From assembly GCA_964016885.1 (NCBI GenBank), contig CAXHJY010001643.1:1137-65136 (forward strand): a DNA stretch of 64,000 bases, written 5' to 3'. Shown piece after piece: positions 28,660-42,350 of this stretch. Both the position numbers and the translations under genes were made by a program. The stretch is from Eledone cirrhosa. Taxonomy: Eukaryota. The notes beneath the pieces were generated by a model that had not been told where the DNA came from, made no database searches, and was given only the letters and a program-made list of their open reading frames with translations. Positions within the stretch are counted from its first letter, which is position 1. The number at the start of each line of letters is the position of its first letter.

Positions 28660-30672
28660 ATACCGACCTTACATATACATATACGTTACATATACATACA
28701 TATACAGATACATTACATATACATATACGTTACATATACATACATATACAGATACATTACATATACATATACGTTACATATACATACATATACAGATACA
28801 TTACATATACATATACGTTACATATACATACATATACAGATACATTACATATACATATACGTTACATATACATACATATACAGATACATTACATATACAT
28901 ATACGTTACATATACATACATATACAGATACATTACATATACATATACATTACATATACAGATACATTACAGATACATTACATATACGTACATATACAGA
29001 TACATTACATATACATATACGTTACATATACATACATATACAGATACATTACATATACAGATACATTACAGATACATTACATATACATACATATACGTTA
29101 CAGATACATTACATATACAGATACATTACAGATACATTACATATACATACATATACGTTACAGATACATTACATATACAGATACATTACATATACATACA
29201 TATACAGGTACATTACATACGTATTTCTATACCAACGTTACGTTAGTGCTTATCACCAATAGTTTATGGTTCGCTGTTATGTCTGTGAACTACACTTATA
29301 GAATACACTACAAACACACACACGTACACACATAGTACCACACACACACACACATAGTACCACACACACACACATACACATAGTACCACACACACACACA
29401 CATAGTACAACACACACAGACACACACAGACACAAACAGACACACACATACACACATACACACACACACAGACACACATACAGACACACAGACACACACA
29501 CAGACACTCAGACACACACCAACACACATCTATATATATATATACGTGCATATATGTATACAAACACGTACATATGTATACATATATACATGTATTTAGA
29601 TAATATATATATATAAATATATATGTGTGTCTCTCTGTGCGTGTGTGTGTCTGTGTGTGTCTGTGTGTCTGTGTGTGTGTGTGTCTGTGTGTCTGTGTAT
29701 CTCTGTGTGTGTGGTTGTGTCTGTGTGCGTGTACGTGTGTCTGTGTGTGTGTGTAGATGTCTCTTGTGTCTGTGTGTGTGTGGTTGTGTCTGTGTGCGTG
29801 GTTGTGTCTGTGTGTGTGGTTGTGTCTGTGTGCGTGGTTGTGTCTGTGTGTGTGGTTGTGTCTGTGTGTGTGGTTGTCTCTGTGTGTGGTTGTGTCTGTG
29901 TGTGTGTGTACTATTGTCTGTGTGTGTATGTAGATGTCTCTCTGTGTCTGTGTGTGTGTGTGTGTGTGTAGATGTCTCTTGTGTCTGTGTGTGTGTGGTT
30001 GTGTCTGTATGTGTGCGTGGTTGTGTCTGTGTGTGTGTACGAGTGTCTGTGTGTGTGTGTGTGTACGAGTGTCTGTGTGTGTGTGTAGATGTCTCTCTGT
30101 GTCTGTGTGTGTGTGTGTGTGTAGATGTCTCTTGTGTCTGTGTGTGTGTGGTTGTGTCTGTGTGAGTGGTTGTGTCTGTGTGTGTGGTTGTGTCTGTGTG
30201 TGTGGTTGTCTCTGTGTGTGTGTACTAGTGTCTGTGAGTGTGTACTAGTGTCTGTGTGTGTGTACTAGTCTCTCTGTGTGTGTGTGTGTGTGTGTAGATG
30301 TCTCTTGTGTCTGTGTGTGTGTACGAGTGTCTGTGTGTGTGTGTGTACGAGTGTCTGTGTGTGTGTGTACGAGTGTCTGTGTGTGTGTGTGTACGAGTGT
30401 CTGTGTGTGTGTGTACGAGTGTCTGTGTGTGTGTAGCTGAAGGTATATATCTGGATGACGGAGCAGGACTGGCTATGTTGTATATGTATACACTATGTTG
30501 TATATGTATACACTATGTAGTATGTGTATACACTATGTATACACTATGCTGTATATGTATACACTATGTAGTATGTGTATACACTATGTATACACTATGT
30601 AGTATATGTATACACTATGTAGTATGTGTATACACTATGTATACACTATGCTGTATATGTATACACTATGTG
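28660..30672. repeat. Block of compound minisatellites (TACA-rich, TG-rich, TATACACTATG)
   Basis: Higher-order repeats of microsatellite-derived units at 28660-29220, 29620-30435 and 30474-30672. Confidence 0.85.
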
Positions 30673-30847
30673 TGAACAGAGATATATTTACTGGAGCTCG
30701 GCTGGTGTGAAAGGTGATGTACTTCACCTTGTAAGGTATTTAATCTTTATTGAGTAGGAAGACTTGTCAACTGTTAATTAACAGCAATGACATATAGACT
30801 ATTTGATGGGTGGTAGTAAGAGGATGTGTGAGGAAGAGCGACGTATG

Positions 30848-30895
<48 letters not shown>

Positions 30896-31333
30896 TATAT
30901 GTATATGTATATATATATGTGTGTGTGTGTGTATGAATATAAAATATGTATATACATTTGTACATATATATATATATAAACATATATGTCTATATTTATG
31001 TATCTATATATATGTATATATGTGTGTCTGTGTGTGTGTGTGTATAAGTGTGTATATACATGTGGCTGTTATAGTGTGAGAGATATAATATGGTGATAAA
31101 GATAAAGGAAAGAGAGAAGTTGTGATCTAGAAGGATATCAAAGTCAAATAAAAAACAGAACGACATACATGAGAGTGGAATAGCATTGAGTGGCAGAGAG
31201 AAAGATGGTCGACCAGGTGGACATACAAATGGATTAATAGGTAATTAGAATTGCATGCATACGTATTTATATATATACAGATACAATATATATATATAAT
31301 AATAAATTTGAAGACTAAAATCCAAAGAGGGTT

Positions 31334-31384
31334 AGTTTCAGCAGATCCTGTTAAGGGTGAAAGCAGCGATTCTTTGCTTAAACT
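31334..31384 (+). ncRNA. Second copy of the variant hammerhead (core CAGCAGA, probably inactive)
   Basis: AGTTT-CAGCAGA-TCCTGTTAAGGGT-GAAA-GCA..TGC-TT-AAACT; same family as 56556-56631. Confidence 0.5.
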
Positions 31385-31395
31385 TTAATCTGTTA

Positions 31396-31424
<29 letters not shown>

Positions 31425-31427
<3 letters not shown>

Positions 31428-31618
31428 GGAACAAGTAAGACCCCGACGGCTGAGCTCAAGCCGTTTCAACGGCTAATTCTGTACAGAATTAGCCGTCGAA
31501 ACGGCTTGAGCTCAGTCGTCGGGGTCTTACTTGTTCCTATTACCCACTCTACTACCCTAAGTATTGAGTACTTTGGTGCGTTATGGTCCACCTGGTTCCT
31601 TACCACATTTCCTTCGTT
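31425..31618 (+). mobile_element. Penelope-like element fragment: 116-bp palindrome plus tail (family A)
   Basis: Palindrome 31425-31540 centred on GTAC, 2 mismatches. Includes the hammerhead 3' half GAAACGGC-TTGAGCTCA-GYCGTC. Tail GAGTACTTTGGTGCGTTATGGTCCACCTGGTTCCTTACCAC is shared with 36379-36456. Confidence 0.7.
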
Positions 31619-31946
31619 ATATATATATATATATTTATATATTCGAGTGATCAGTGGCCTTTAGACTCACCTGATCAAAGAAACAATTGTTAATACTGTA
31701 AATAAAACCCTTTCTGTACAGACGACCATGTTATTCTTCACTCTTTCACTACTGTCACTCCAAGAATAACCTACATGGGAATTCTCGCAAACTCACCACC
31801 GAACTAAGGAAACCTCTTGTTGAGTCAAACAACGCCGTACGTCAAAACTATCCATAATACAGAGTACCCACAACCTCTAACTGGATTACCTAAAACGATA
31901 ACTTGTTAGTTATCCAATATATATATACACACACATGCAGTATATA

Positions 31947-31982
<36 letters not shown>

Positions 31983-32168
31983 TATATATATACATACAGT
32001 ATTTTGATAATTTGACTGGTATAAGCAGTATTTAAAATCGAGTGTCACAACAACATTGCAGATAGTAATTTTAAGACGGATTCAACCACAAAGTCGCAAT
32101 GAAACACATGTTAATACTTGGAATAAATCCTACTGTATAGCTTATCCTCGTTATTCTTCATTGTTTCG

Positions 32169-32205
<37 letters not shown>

Positions 32206-32263
32206 TATATATATATGTCGATTCAATTTGGATTGCCTCGGAAACATAACAGAAATGTAACAA

Positions 32264-32337
32264 GCTGTCTGATGATGTCACGACACTCGCACACAGAACA
32301 GTGTGGCCAGTGTCGCCATTGAAATATATATCACAGC
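32264..32337 (+). ncRNA. Type I hammerhead ribozyme motif
   Basis: Stem I GCTGT/ACAGC; CTGATGA 32269-75; long stem II (CGACACT/AGTGTCG, CACAC/GTGTG; base imperfect); GAAA 32321-24; palindromic TATATA minimal stem III; AUC triplet (after 32332). Confidence 0.8.
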
Positions 32338-32786
32338 ATTATTATTAAAGGACTTGAACATCTGAAACTACTTCGCTTTTCCTTATTCGATATTTACTCC
32401 GTCACTCCTATGTGGAAAAAGTACGTTGAGTGCTTGAATTGAATTGCATCAATGTTTACCCTAATATATATATATATATATTAGATACAAAGCGTAGCGT
32501 AGAATTTGAAATGGTAAAATAGTGCTTCCGCCGTATATTTGACTAAGTAAATTATCCTATTAGTTGGAGTTATAAAACCCCATAGAATATGAAAAATGGG
32601 ATGGCCATTGACGTACAAGAGACACGAACCCACATATATGTATATGTGCGTGCGTGTATATATATATATATGATTCCAGTTCCTCAGAGAAATAACAACG
32701 CAACCAGGAGCTGGACATATCGGAGTATTGACGGAGTAAAACACACTTCAACAACATGTGTACCTGTCTTTCCCACACCAATTCGG

Positions 32787-32841
32787 ACTGCCTGAAGAGG
32801 TCACAGCCAATGATGGCTGTCACCGAAATATATATAGCAGT
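32787..32841 (+). ncRNA. Type I hammerhead ribozyme motif
   Basis: Stem I ACTGC/GCAGT; CTGAAGA 32792-98; stem II GGT-C-ACAGCCA/TGGCTGT-C-ACC; GAAA 32825-28; TATATA minimal stem III; AUA triplet (after 32836). Confidence 0.88.
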
Positions 32842-33022
32842 ATATCTATAATTTATAATAAACGAAGCCAAATTTTACCTATTTGACTTAATTATTTTAT
32901 ATATATATATATTGACTGTTGGTTAATCAATGATAAACATTGATTATCAGCTGAATTAATTATACAAGTATAAAATATACTGAAAGGAAAACCATCTCAA
33001 ACTAAACACTGTTTTTTTTTAC

Positions 33023-33060
<38 letters not shown>

Positions 33061-33169
33061 AATCGGTTATCCATCCATAAGTATATATATATAGGACTAG
33101 AACTGTTTCATTCCAATGAAACCAACAAGTCGCTTAGAAAGTATTTCTATATTGATTATATATATCCTG

Positions 33170-33292
33170 TTGCTTAAACTTTAATCTGTTATTTTATTAA
33201 ATATTTGCTCTACGGTTCTTATATATTTGATATATATTTATCCCTATCGAGCACTCTTTGGATTTTAGTCTTCAAATTTATTATTATTACTA
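33170..33292 (+). mobile_element. Tail of the variant-hammerhead family (reverse complement of 56451-56575)
   Basis: TTGCTTAAACTTTAATCTGTTATT..GAGCACTCTTTGGATTTTAGTCTTCAAATTTATTATTATTACTA; related pieces at 31298-31400 and 49521-49578. Confidence 0.6.
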
Positions 33293-33827
33293 TATATATA
33301 TATATATATTCCATTATTTAAACATAGAGCAATCCATCTCTCTATCTCTTCATATTCTATATCAATATACATAAGTGTGTGTGTGTGTGTGTGTGTGCGT
33401 GTGCGTGCGTGTGTGTGTGTGTGTGTGTGTGTTTGCCTGTTCGTGCGTTTCATTTAATAAACGTGATTGATGATACACGACCTACCACCTGTAGAGCTTT
33501 GATCTGTTACTTCCGCCATCAGGTAGGATGTTATTAAGGTGTTATATTGTAGAATGAATGGAGTGAGGTGGGGGTGTCAAGAAGAGGAGGAGAATAAGGA
33601 GGAAGAAGGGGATTAGAAATAGGGAAGAGTATGAGGGTAATGATGGATATTCCCAATGGCAGTCAGCCTGCAAATTTTATAACATGATAATGTATCACAC
33701 ATAATTTGGGATGAAATGTAATACAATCGTTTATACACCATATATAATCTCAGGCACACACGCAGCCCCTCATATATATATATACATACGCGCGTACACA
33801 GACGCACACACACATACACACACACAC

Positions 33828-33953
<126 letters not shown>

Positions 33954-34581
33954 GTCTGTGTGTGTGTGTGTGTGCATGTACGCTTGAGTAAGTGTGTGTT
34001 TATGTGTGAATCTTTGTAGTACCGACTTCATGACAATGGTGTATTTTTAATAGGTCACATTCAATTTTCCTTTATTTACGGATCTTAGATTTTATTGTAC
34101 ATATCCAATATCATAACTTGATTTAATGTGAAATAAAGTATTAAATCTTTTATAGAGTCCAGTCTACTATAATAATTGTATTAAATTGTACAAGATTCAA
34201 AGAAGAGATATTTTATATTGTTGATTTATTTCAGACACACCTACACATACATACACATACACTCAGACACACACACACACATGTAAACGTCTAAGTGGAT
34301 CTCCGTCAGTTTAATGATGTATATTCTAGATGATTGGTGATTCACAGTAATGAAGCCATGACAGCAAAACACACTGAGTGAAACGACAGAACATTTTAAC
34401 TACATATATAGTTCAACCTACGGTCTTCCAAATAATATATATATATATATATATATAAGTATTGAAATTTCCGTTGGAAACAGAAAAGGTCATAGAAATG
34501 AAGAGTGCTTTTATTTCGTATTCGCCTCATTCGGGAAACCTCTGGTAATGAGGTAATTATATTGTATTGATATTTTTATAC

Positions 34582-34643
<62 letters not shown>

Positions 34644-34706
34644 AATATTTATATTTATATTTATATAAATATGTATATATACATATATACTTATACATGT
34701 GTATAC

Positions 34707-34765
<59 letters not shown>

Positions 34766-34795
34766 AGAAGAAAAGATGGTTAAAGGAGTTCCATG

Positions 34796-34866
34796 TATTT
34801 TATTATGCGCATTTCAAAAACAAATATCATCATGCAATAATATTTGAGTTTTCATCAGATAAAACA
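34796..34866 (-). ncRNA. Type I hammerhead ribozyme motif (left arm of the large palindrome)
   Basis: Mirror copy: TCATCAG at 34852-58 and TTTC at 34812-15; stem II CAAATATTAT/ATGATATTTG; predicted cut between 34804 and 34803. Confidence 0.78.
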
Positions 34867-34988
34867 GGAAGACATGATATGAAGGTTAAAGACACTTGTG
34901 GATAGTGCAGTTTTAAATCAACATATCATATGTTGATTTAAAACTGCACTATCCACAAGTGTTTTTTAACCTTCATATCATGTCTTCC

Positions 34989-35059
34989 TGTTTTATCTGA
35001 TGAAAACACAAATATTATTGCATGATGAGGTTTGTTTTTGAAATGCGCATAATAAAATA
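34989..35059 (+). ncRNA. Type I hammerhead ribozyme motif (right arm of the large palindrome)
   Basis: Stem I TGTTTTAT/ATAAAATA; CTGATGA 34997-35003; AT-rich stem II; GAAA 35040-43; palindromic ATGCGCAT stem III; AUA triplet (after 35051). Confidence 0.75.
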
Positions 35060-35184
35060 CATGGAACTCTATTAACCATCTTTTCTTCTTATATATTATG
35101 TATACTCCAGTCCTACAAACTGTAGAGTGCTTCTTATCCGATATCTTTTATGTATTTATTGTACTACAATAAAACTCACCTCCT

Positions 35185-35287
<103 letters not shown>

Positions 35288-35298
35288 CATATATATAC

Positions 35299-35330
<32 letters not shown>

Positions 35331-35388
35331 TAATATTTATATTTATATAAATATGTATATATACATATATACTTATACATGTGTATAC

Positions 35389-35441
<53 letters not shown>

Positions 35442-35648
35442 ATATATATATATATATATGCTTATAAAAAACCCCGCATGACCAAGTCTTTAGAATAAGA
35501 GGGCACACAGGACAAAGACATTGGAAAAAAGAACCTAAACACAGACAGACTCTGTAACAGAATATACCTACAATACTTCTGATAAGAAATATATAATTTA
35601 CACACACGCTGAATTGTTTTTCTCCTCCAGGAAGGCTTACTTAGTAAG

Positions 35649-35701
<53 letters not shown>

Positions 35702-36193
35702 CTGTGTTTGTGTAGGCGTCATTGTATGCGTGTGTGTGAGTGCTCCTGTGTGTATGTGGGCATCCTTTTATATATGTGTGTATGTGCTTGTATGAGTATG
35801 TGGGTGTTATCTTGTGTGTGTTTCTGTGTTCATGTGTAAATACGTGCGGATATGCGCGAGGCTATTCGCAAATATTTGTGTTGGAATTTTTTGAAAATAT
35901 TTATTACGTTGTAAAACCAATTGCAATACCGCTTTCTTATCAGTGTGGCATTTTTTTCTATTCTTTGATAAAAGATAACACGATTCTGACCTCTAACGAA
36001 AGCCTCCTTCAAGGAGCCACATTTGACATGCAATAACGTTCTCCTATAAATTCTCTGAAATATTATTCTCATAAATTTCCCGCCGAATGTATTGTATGTT
36101 TATAGAAGCCACACAGCAGAACATAAGGCACCTATTGAGACAAACACGCACACGCAATCCAATGGTATAGCAAATATATATCATACATACAGT

Positions 36194-36242
<49 letters not shown>

Positions 36243-36245
<3 letters not shown>

Positions 36246-36454
36246 GGAAAAGAGTCAGAACCCCGACGGCAGAGCTCAAGCCGTTTTGACAGCTATTTCT
36301 GGAGGCTATTTGAGTCCAGAAATAGCTGTCGAAACGGTTTGAGCTCTGCCGTCGTCGTAGTTCTGACTCTTTTCCTATTATCTACTCTACAACCCAAAGT
36401 ATCGAGTATTCTGGTGCGTTATGGTCCACCTGGTTCCTTACCACACTTCCTTCG

Positions 36455-36456
<2 letters not shown>
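36243..36456 (+). mobile_element. Penelope-like element fragment: hairpin plus tail (family A, copy 2)
   Basis: Inverted repeat 36243-36378 with an 11-nt loop; same tail as 31541-31618; lies between (TA)n tracts. Confidence 0.7.
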
Positions 36457-36493
<37 letters not shown>

Positions 36494-36742
36494 TGTTAAT
36501 ATTCGACCTGTTTGTATTTATCTTAGTTGTGGTATAAGTATTGCCATCTGAATTAAAAGTAAGTCGCTTATCATGGTGTTACATTTTCTTAATCTTTGTA
36601 TTCTCTCTAATGTGTTAAATCTTTGTATCACTGAGTGCTTTGTGATTGCCAAAAACAATACGATTGGTGTCTGCTATAACTTTGGATTATTCATACATAC
36701 ATACTTACACACACACACATATATATATATATACAGAGAGAG

Positions 36743-36809
<67 letters not shown>

Positions 36810-37254
36810 ACTCTGAGACTATGGGCATGTGGTTAGAATGTCTTAGGAAAAAATCGATGACTAGATTTTACGGGCAAAACCAACCGGCAGGAAGAAGAAG
36901 AAGAAGAAGAAGAAGAAGAAGAAGAAGAAGAAGAAGATTGATGCAGATGAAATCGATGAAACCCATCTAAAAACAGGAAAGTGTTATTCTATATCTGACG
37001 ATGACAAGACATGTATAATTTACTATTGAATCCAACCTGTATATAAAATATTTTGAAATTAGAAAGTTATATAATATGTATATTATAAAATTGAAATGAA
37101 CGCCTTTTATATATTTGTCGATATTTGTCAATACAGGATATTTTATATGTGATATTAAATATATATTTGAGAACAGTTTGATTATGTTTGAATTTAATTA
37201 TGGAAATATTTGCCGTGCAATATTTCGAATTATTTTGAATATTAAATTTAGCAA

Positions 37255-37660
37255 TGACACCTCCTCCCTGTTTGTGTTTTATTAATTTGATATTTGACTG
37301 GTTCCAGTCATTGCACAGCTATTTTGCTGTAAAGGTAGAAGGGAAAATCTATGTAGTTTTTAGACCTGCTAAAAATAGTTGCGATATATGTCTCAAATAT
37401 CATCATAGGGATTTAAGTGGCCCGATGTTGCTTTCAGATATAAGGAAAACGTTGCATTGTCAAAACCGAAATACCTTTCCTTATAAGTCGGCCTGTACAG
37501 AGATGATGATATGTTAAACAATAAATGCAACAATACGGCTTGTAGAGTGTTTACTCGATCATATGAAACCCAGTACGTATTTCATTGCATAACATATTGG
37601 ATCGATCATTTTTTATCAAGTAGCTGATATGTTTTTCACAGAAACAGGGAGGGAAATTGC
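37255..37660 (-). pseudogene. Possible third Tudor-like relic
   Basis: RYFGFDNATF / ISESNIGPLKSL**YLRHISQLFLAGLK; weak match to the Tudor C-terminal half. Confidence 0.25.
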
Positions 37661-37698
37661 AGAGAAAGAAATAATTGAATTTATGTGTTACATATATT

Positions 37699-37831
<133 letters not shown>

Positions 37832-37899
37832 ACATATATATATATACACACATATATATATATATATATATATACATATATACATATACATATATATAC

Positions 37900-37930
<31 letters not shown>

Positions 37931-38004
37931 AATATATATATACATACATACATACACAACTGCACACACACACACATATATATACATATATACATATACA
38001 CATA

Positions 38005-38200
38005 TGTAAGGAGCAAATACATTCCATAAATGAATATTCTTCAATTTAATGAAATAACGAAATGTGTTGTGAACCAGTTATTACAAATCTAATACATGTC
38101 GCCCATGATCGAAGCAACCAACATACATATAATCAGGTTTTGTTTTTCATTCAGGAAATATTTAATAAATTTATTGGAAGTTACCATTTATTTATTAATG
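38005..38200 (-). pseudogene. Second Tudor-like relic
   Basis: [19 protein letters not shown] .. / [12 protein letters not shown] resembles Tudor V.F.D.G..C.L. Confidence 0.35.
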
Positions 38201-38279
38201 TATATATGTACGTACACTATATACGTATGGATAACTCAACACTTCTAAATCTGTTACACATACACATGTACACCCACAA

Positions 38280-38353
<74 letters not shown>

Positions 38354-38379
38354 TTATATATATGTACATGTGTATATAC

Positions 38380-38454
<75 letters not shown>

Positions 38455-38616
38455 TATGTATGCATGTATATATATGTATATATACTATTATATATACTAT
38501 TATATATACTATTATATACATTGATATATAACACTTCCCAACCTGTAACACATACACTGACACACACAGACCTCTCTCTCCTTCTTACACATACACATGC
38601 GCACACAAACATATAC

Positions 38617-38683
<67 letters not shown>

Positions 38684-39079
38684 TATGTATGTATATATGT
38701 ACATACACTATTGTATACATTCATATCTGAGCACATTCCAACAAACTCACACACTCTCTCTCTCACGCACACACACGCACATACACACATATAATCACAC
38801 ATATATATGCATGTATATATGTATGTAATTATGTATATATGTTTATATGTATATATGTATATATGTATGTATGTAGGTATGTAATTATGTATGTATGTAT
38901 GTATATATGTATGAATGTATAATGTGTGTCTCTGGGTAACCACAATATCCATGATACTTGCTGTAATTGTTTTTACTACTACTACTACTACTACTGCTAC
39001 TGCTACTACTGCTACTACTACTACTACTACTACTGCTGTTACCACCATCACCACCACCACCACCACCACCACACATGGT

Positions 39080-39492
39080 TAACTTGCGTAAATCGGTTGT
39101 TCAATTTATGAATATGAAAAGCTCGGCTGATATCCTGATCATGGGAATATATTTGATATCCTTACATGGGAATACATTTGTTGGCAACATACACACAGCT
39201 TATCAATGCAAACCCTGGATGAATGGACATGCAGGACAGTACCACCGTCATATGTTTATGTCACATAGTATAGGTTTCTGGTGTCTCATGCACAGTTGTA
39301 TCACCCGATATTTTTTCCGATAAGACCAGATACCAAATATATTTGAATATGATTCGTTTTACCCAACCTGAACGGCCTCTAGAGGATTCAACAAAAGTTG
39401 TACCCGTCACACTTAGACTTGTTCCCTCGTGTTCACATCAGTCCATTTATGGTCTACGTGACTGATATAAAATGCGGATGTTGAATTTCCAT
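39080..39492 (-). pseudogene. Extended Tudor-domain-like exon relic
   Basis: NSTSAFYISHV..EAVQVG*..GIWSYRKK..YDGGTVLHVHSSRV / CMLPTNVFPC / RISNIFP. Order matches eTudor FY..VG..WYR..D.G..V..LP..C.I.NI.P; stops and frameshifts present. Confidence 0.5.
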
Positions 39493-39495
39493 ATA

Positions 39496-39690
39496 ATAAT
39501 TGTTTCTACTTTTGGAACAAGGCCAGCAATTACCCCACTGCATTACTAGTACTTTATTTTATCGATCCCGTAAGGATGAAAGGCAAAGTTAACCCCGGCG
39601 GGATTTGAACTCAGAATGATAAGGGCCGTAACTCTAAACGTCAAAGCATGGCGTCCGACTCTCTACCGATACTGCCAATCCATCGCCCCT
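39496..39690 (-). mobile_element. Abundant SINE, full length
   Basis: Reverse complement of head, core and tail. Confidence 0.8.
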
Positions 39691-40177
39691 AATAATGAGA
39701 ATATAACACACAGCTTAAAATAGAAACTGAGATTTTAATAAGAAATACAATACAAGAACCTATAAATGGTAAATCAATGAAGTAAAAGATAAATTCTGAA
39801 AAGATACAATTACTTCTTGGAAAATGAAATTTCTTAGAGTAGCGAAGGTAAAAAATTATTCTGCAGAGAATGAAATGCAATAAATTCCAAGAAAACATTC
39901 TCTATTCAAAATAAGTTAGTAGAAATCCTTTAAATAATAATTGTGGTATAGAAAATGATAGAGAACGAATTGAGTGGAGTCTTTTTTATGGACAGGAGAT
40001 TGAGCAATACATAGGTTGAGAAAATTTAGTGGTGATTTACAACTTATCTATTAGAGGCTTGTTCCAGCGCCTTTCTACGTTGTGAACTCAAAACTCAAAG
40101 AAAATTCGTGTATGTATTTTCAATAAACAACAACAACTGTACGTATATACACGAATACCTGCTCTCACACGCACACG

Positions 40178-40213
<36 letters not shown>

Positions 40214-40373
40214 TATATATATATGTGTGTGTGTGTATAATAAATAAACGAAAAGAGCAATCAACGCATATTGTTGAAGTTGGGATTATTTATATTAAGT
40301 TTGAATTATTTCATAGACGTAAACGATTTAAAACCCTGCTGATACCAGGAAATAATCAAATATATATATATAA

Positions 40374-40512
<139 letters not shown>

Positions 40513-41764
40513 TCTGTGTGCGTATGTATATATAAATATATATGTATAAAGGGAATATGGTTTATTTTCTAATTCTGTGTGTCAACAATGTGTAGATACA
40601 AAAATACCTCAGTCGAATGTTCACCAAGGAATACGTATAAATCGTCTTCAAGCAACAGAGAACTGAGGTTATCATCACAATTTCAATCTCAAAATTCTCT
40701 TTGGAAATTTGAACATTCCAAGAATCATGTGACATATCTAAAACATAAAGTCTGACAAAAGGTTGAGTTTTCGAGCATTTTTAGACAATTCAGTAGAAGC
40801 GAAATCCCTCCATAAAATTTGTCCTCACATATTTCGAAATTCTTTTGTAAGATACAGGTAAATTTTTGAGTCGTGCATTGTACGATAATCATAGAAGTTT
40901 TTCGGTTTCCTACCTTCTCTCGAAATTCTCTTTTGATATCTGAAAATCCCAAGAATCCTACGACAATCTAAAGTCTGAGAAAAGGTTGTTTTCAAGCACG
41001 ATATCTCACCATAAAATTTGTCGTTACATATTTCGAAATTCTTTTGTCGAATACAGGTAATTTTCTGAGAAATATATTATACGTTAATCATAAAAACTTT
41101 TCGGTTCCCTACCTTCTATATATGTTTCTTTTAGAAGGATTATGTCACCTGGTACAGGGTTCCCCCTCGTATTTCCAGAAATTTCCATCAAGATACAATC
41201 TTCCGAAGAGGCAATTAAATGTAATTTTCCGTTATCATTTTGGTTTCGGGGAATTTCCTTAATTTCTGCTTCTGGGACAATTGCATCCATTTTAAATTCT
41301 CTCTGATACTCAACTCCTCTTTTTTCTGTCTCTGAAATAAATGAATTATTTGTTCTTCTTCCGTTTTTTCTTGATTTGTATTGTTGGTCCTGATAATATT
41401 ACTTATGGAGCTTGTGTTGTTGAACTAAACATGGCGTTGATAAGGAAGATAATGTTGATATGGCTAATAATGATGACGATGGGGAAGACGATGACGACGA
41501 AGAAGAAGAAGAAGAAGAAGAAGAAGAAGAAGAAGAAGAAGAAGAAGAAGAAGAAGAAGAAGAAGAAGAAGAAGAAGAAGAAGAAGAAGATAGTTATAAT
41601 GAATAGGATTTAAATCTTGTATTTTCTTCCTTTTGTTGGAGATTATTGTCTACAGCAGAAGAGAACGTGTTGATAAGTTAAGTGTCTTATTAATGAGGAC
41701 GATGGCGAGAGTATTGTTGTTTTATTTACTTTGATGTTGTTGTTCCTGTTATAGATTAGTCACT

Positions 41765-42350
41765 TGAAACGCTGAAACGTTGCGCCAGTCCACTCAGTTG
41801 CCAAAAATGAGTTGTACCTGTAGTTCCAAGTACCAGCCTTGTCACACTCTGTGTCACACTGAATCTCCCTGAGAACTAGGTAAAGGCTACACGTGTCTGT
41901 GGAATGTTCAGCCACTTGCACGATAATTTTTATCAATAGGCTGTCCGTTGATTGGATCAACTGGAACACTCATCGTCGTAACCGACGGAGTGCCTCCACT
42001 AGTAATATGGTTTGTTTAGCCCTAGGTCAAACTAGATCGAGAGTAAATAATTGTTTCTATTTTAGGCACAAGGCCAGAAATTTAAAGGGGAGGAGAATAT
42101 CAATTAAATCTGGTACTTTATTTTATTTACCCTCGTAAAGGGCCGTAAATCTATGCCACAAAGACCGAGAATGAATAATGGTTTCTTATGTAGGAACAAA
42201 GCCAGCAATTTTGGGGGAAGGGAAAGTCGATTAAATCGACCCCAGTGCGTGACTGGTACTTTATTTTATCGACTCCGTAAGGATGAAAGGCAAAGTTAAC
42301 CTCGGCGGGATTTGAACTCAGAACGTAAAGGGTCGTAACTCTATGCTACA
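41765..42350. mobile_element. SINE cluster (3' part of a second family on +, two copies of the abundant SINE on -)
   Basis: 41765-42000 is similar to 9420-9660; 42045-42350 carries the core reverse complement. Confidence 0.7.

Larger units (their letters stand above)
34760..35160. mobile_element. Penelope-like element end with a ~335-bp near-perfect inverted repeat (centre 34927)
   Basis: Arms about 34760-34926 and 34928-35095, 1-nt loop, few mismatches. Each arm carries a hammerhead. A unique tail with AGAGTGCTT follows; flanked by microsatellites. Confidence 0.7.
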
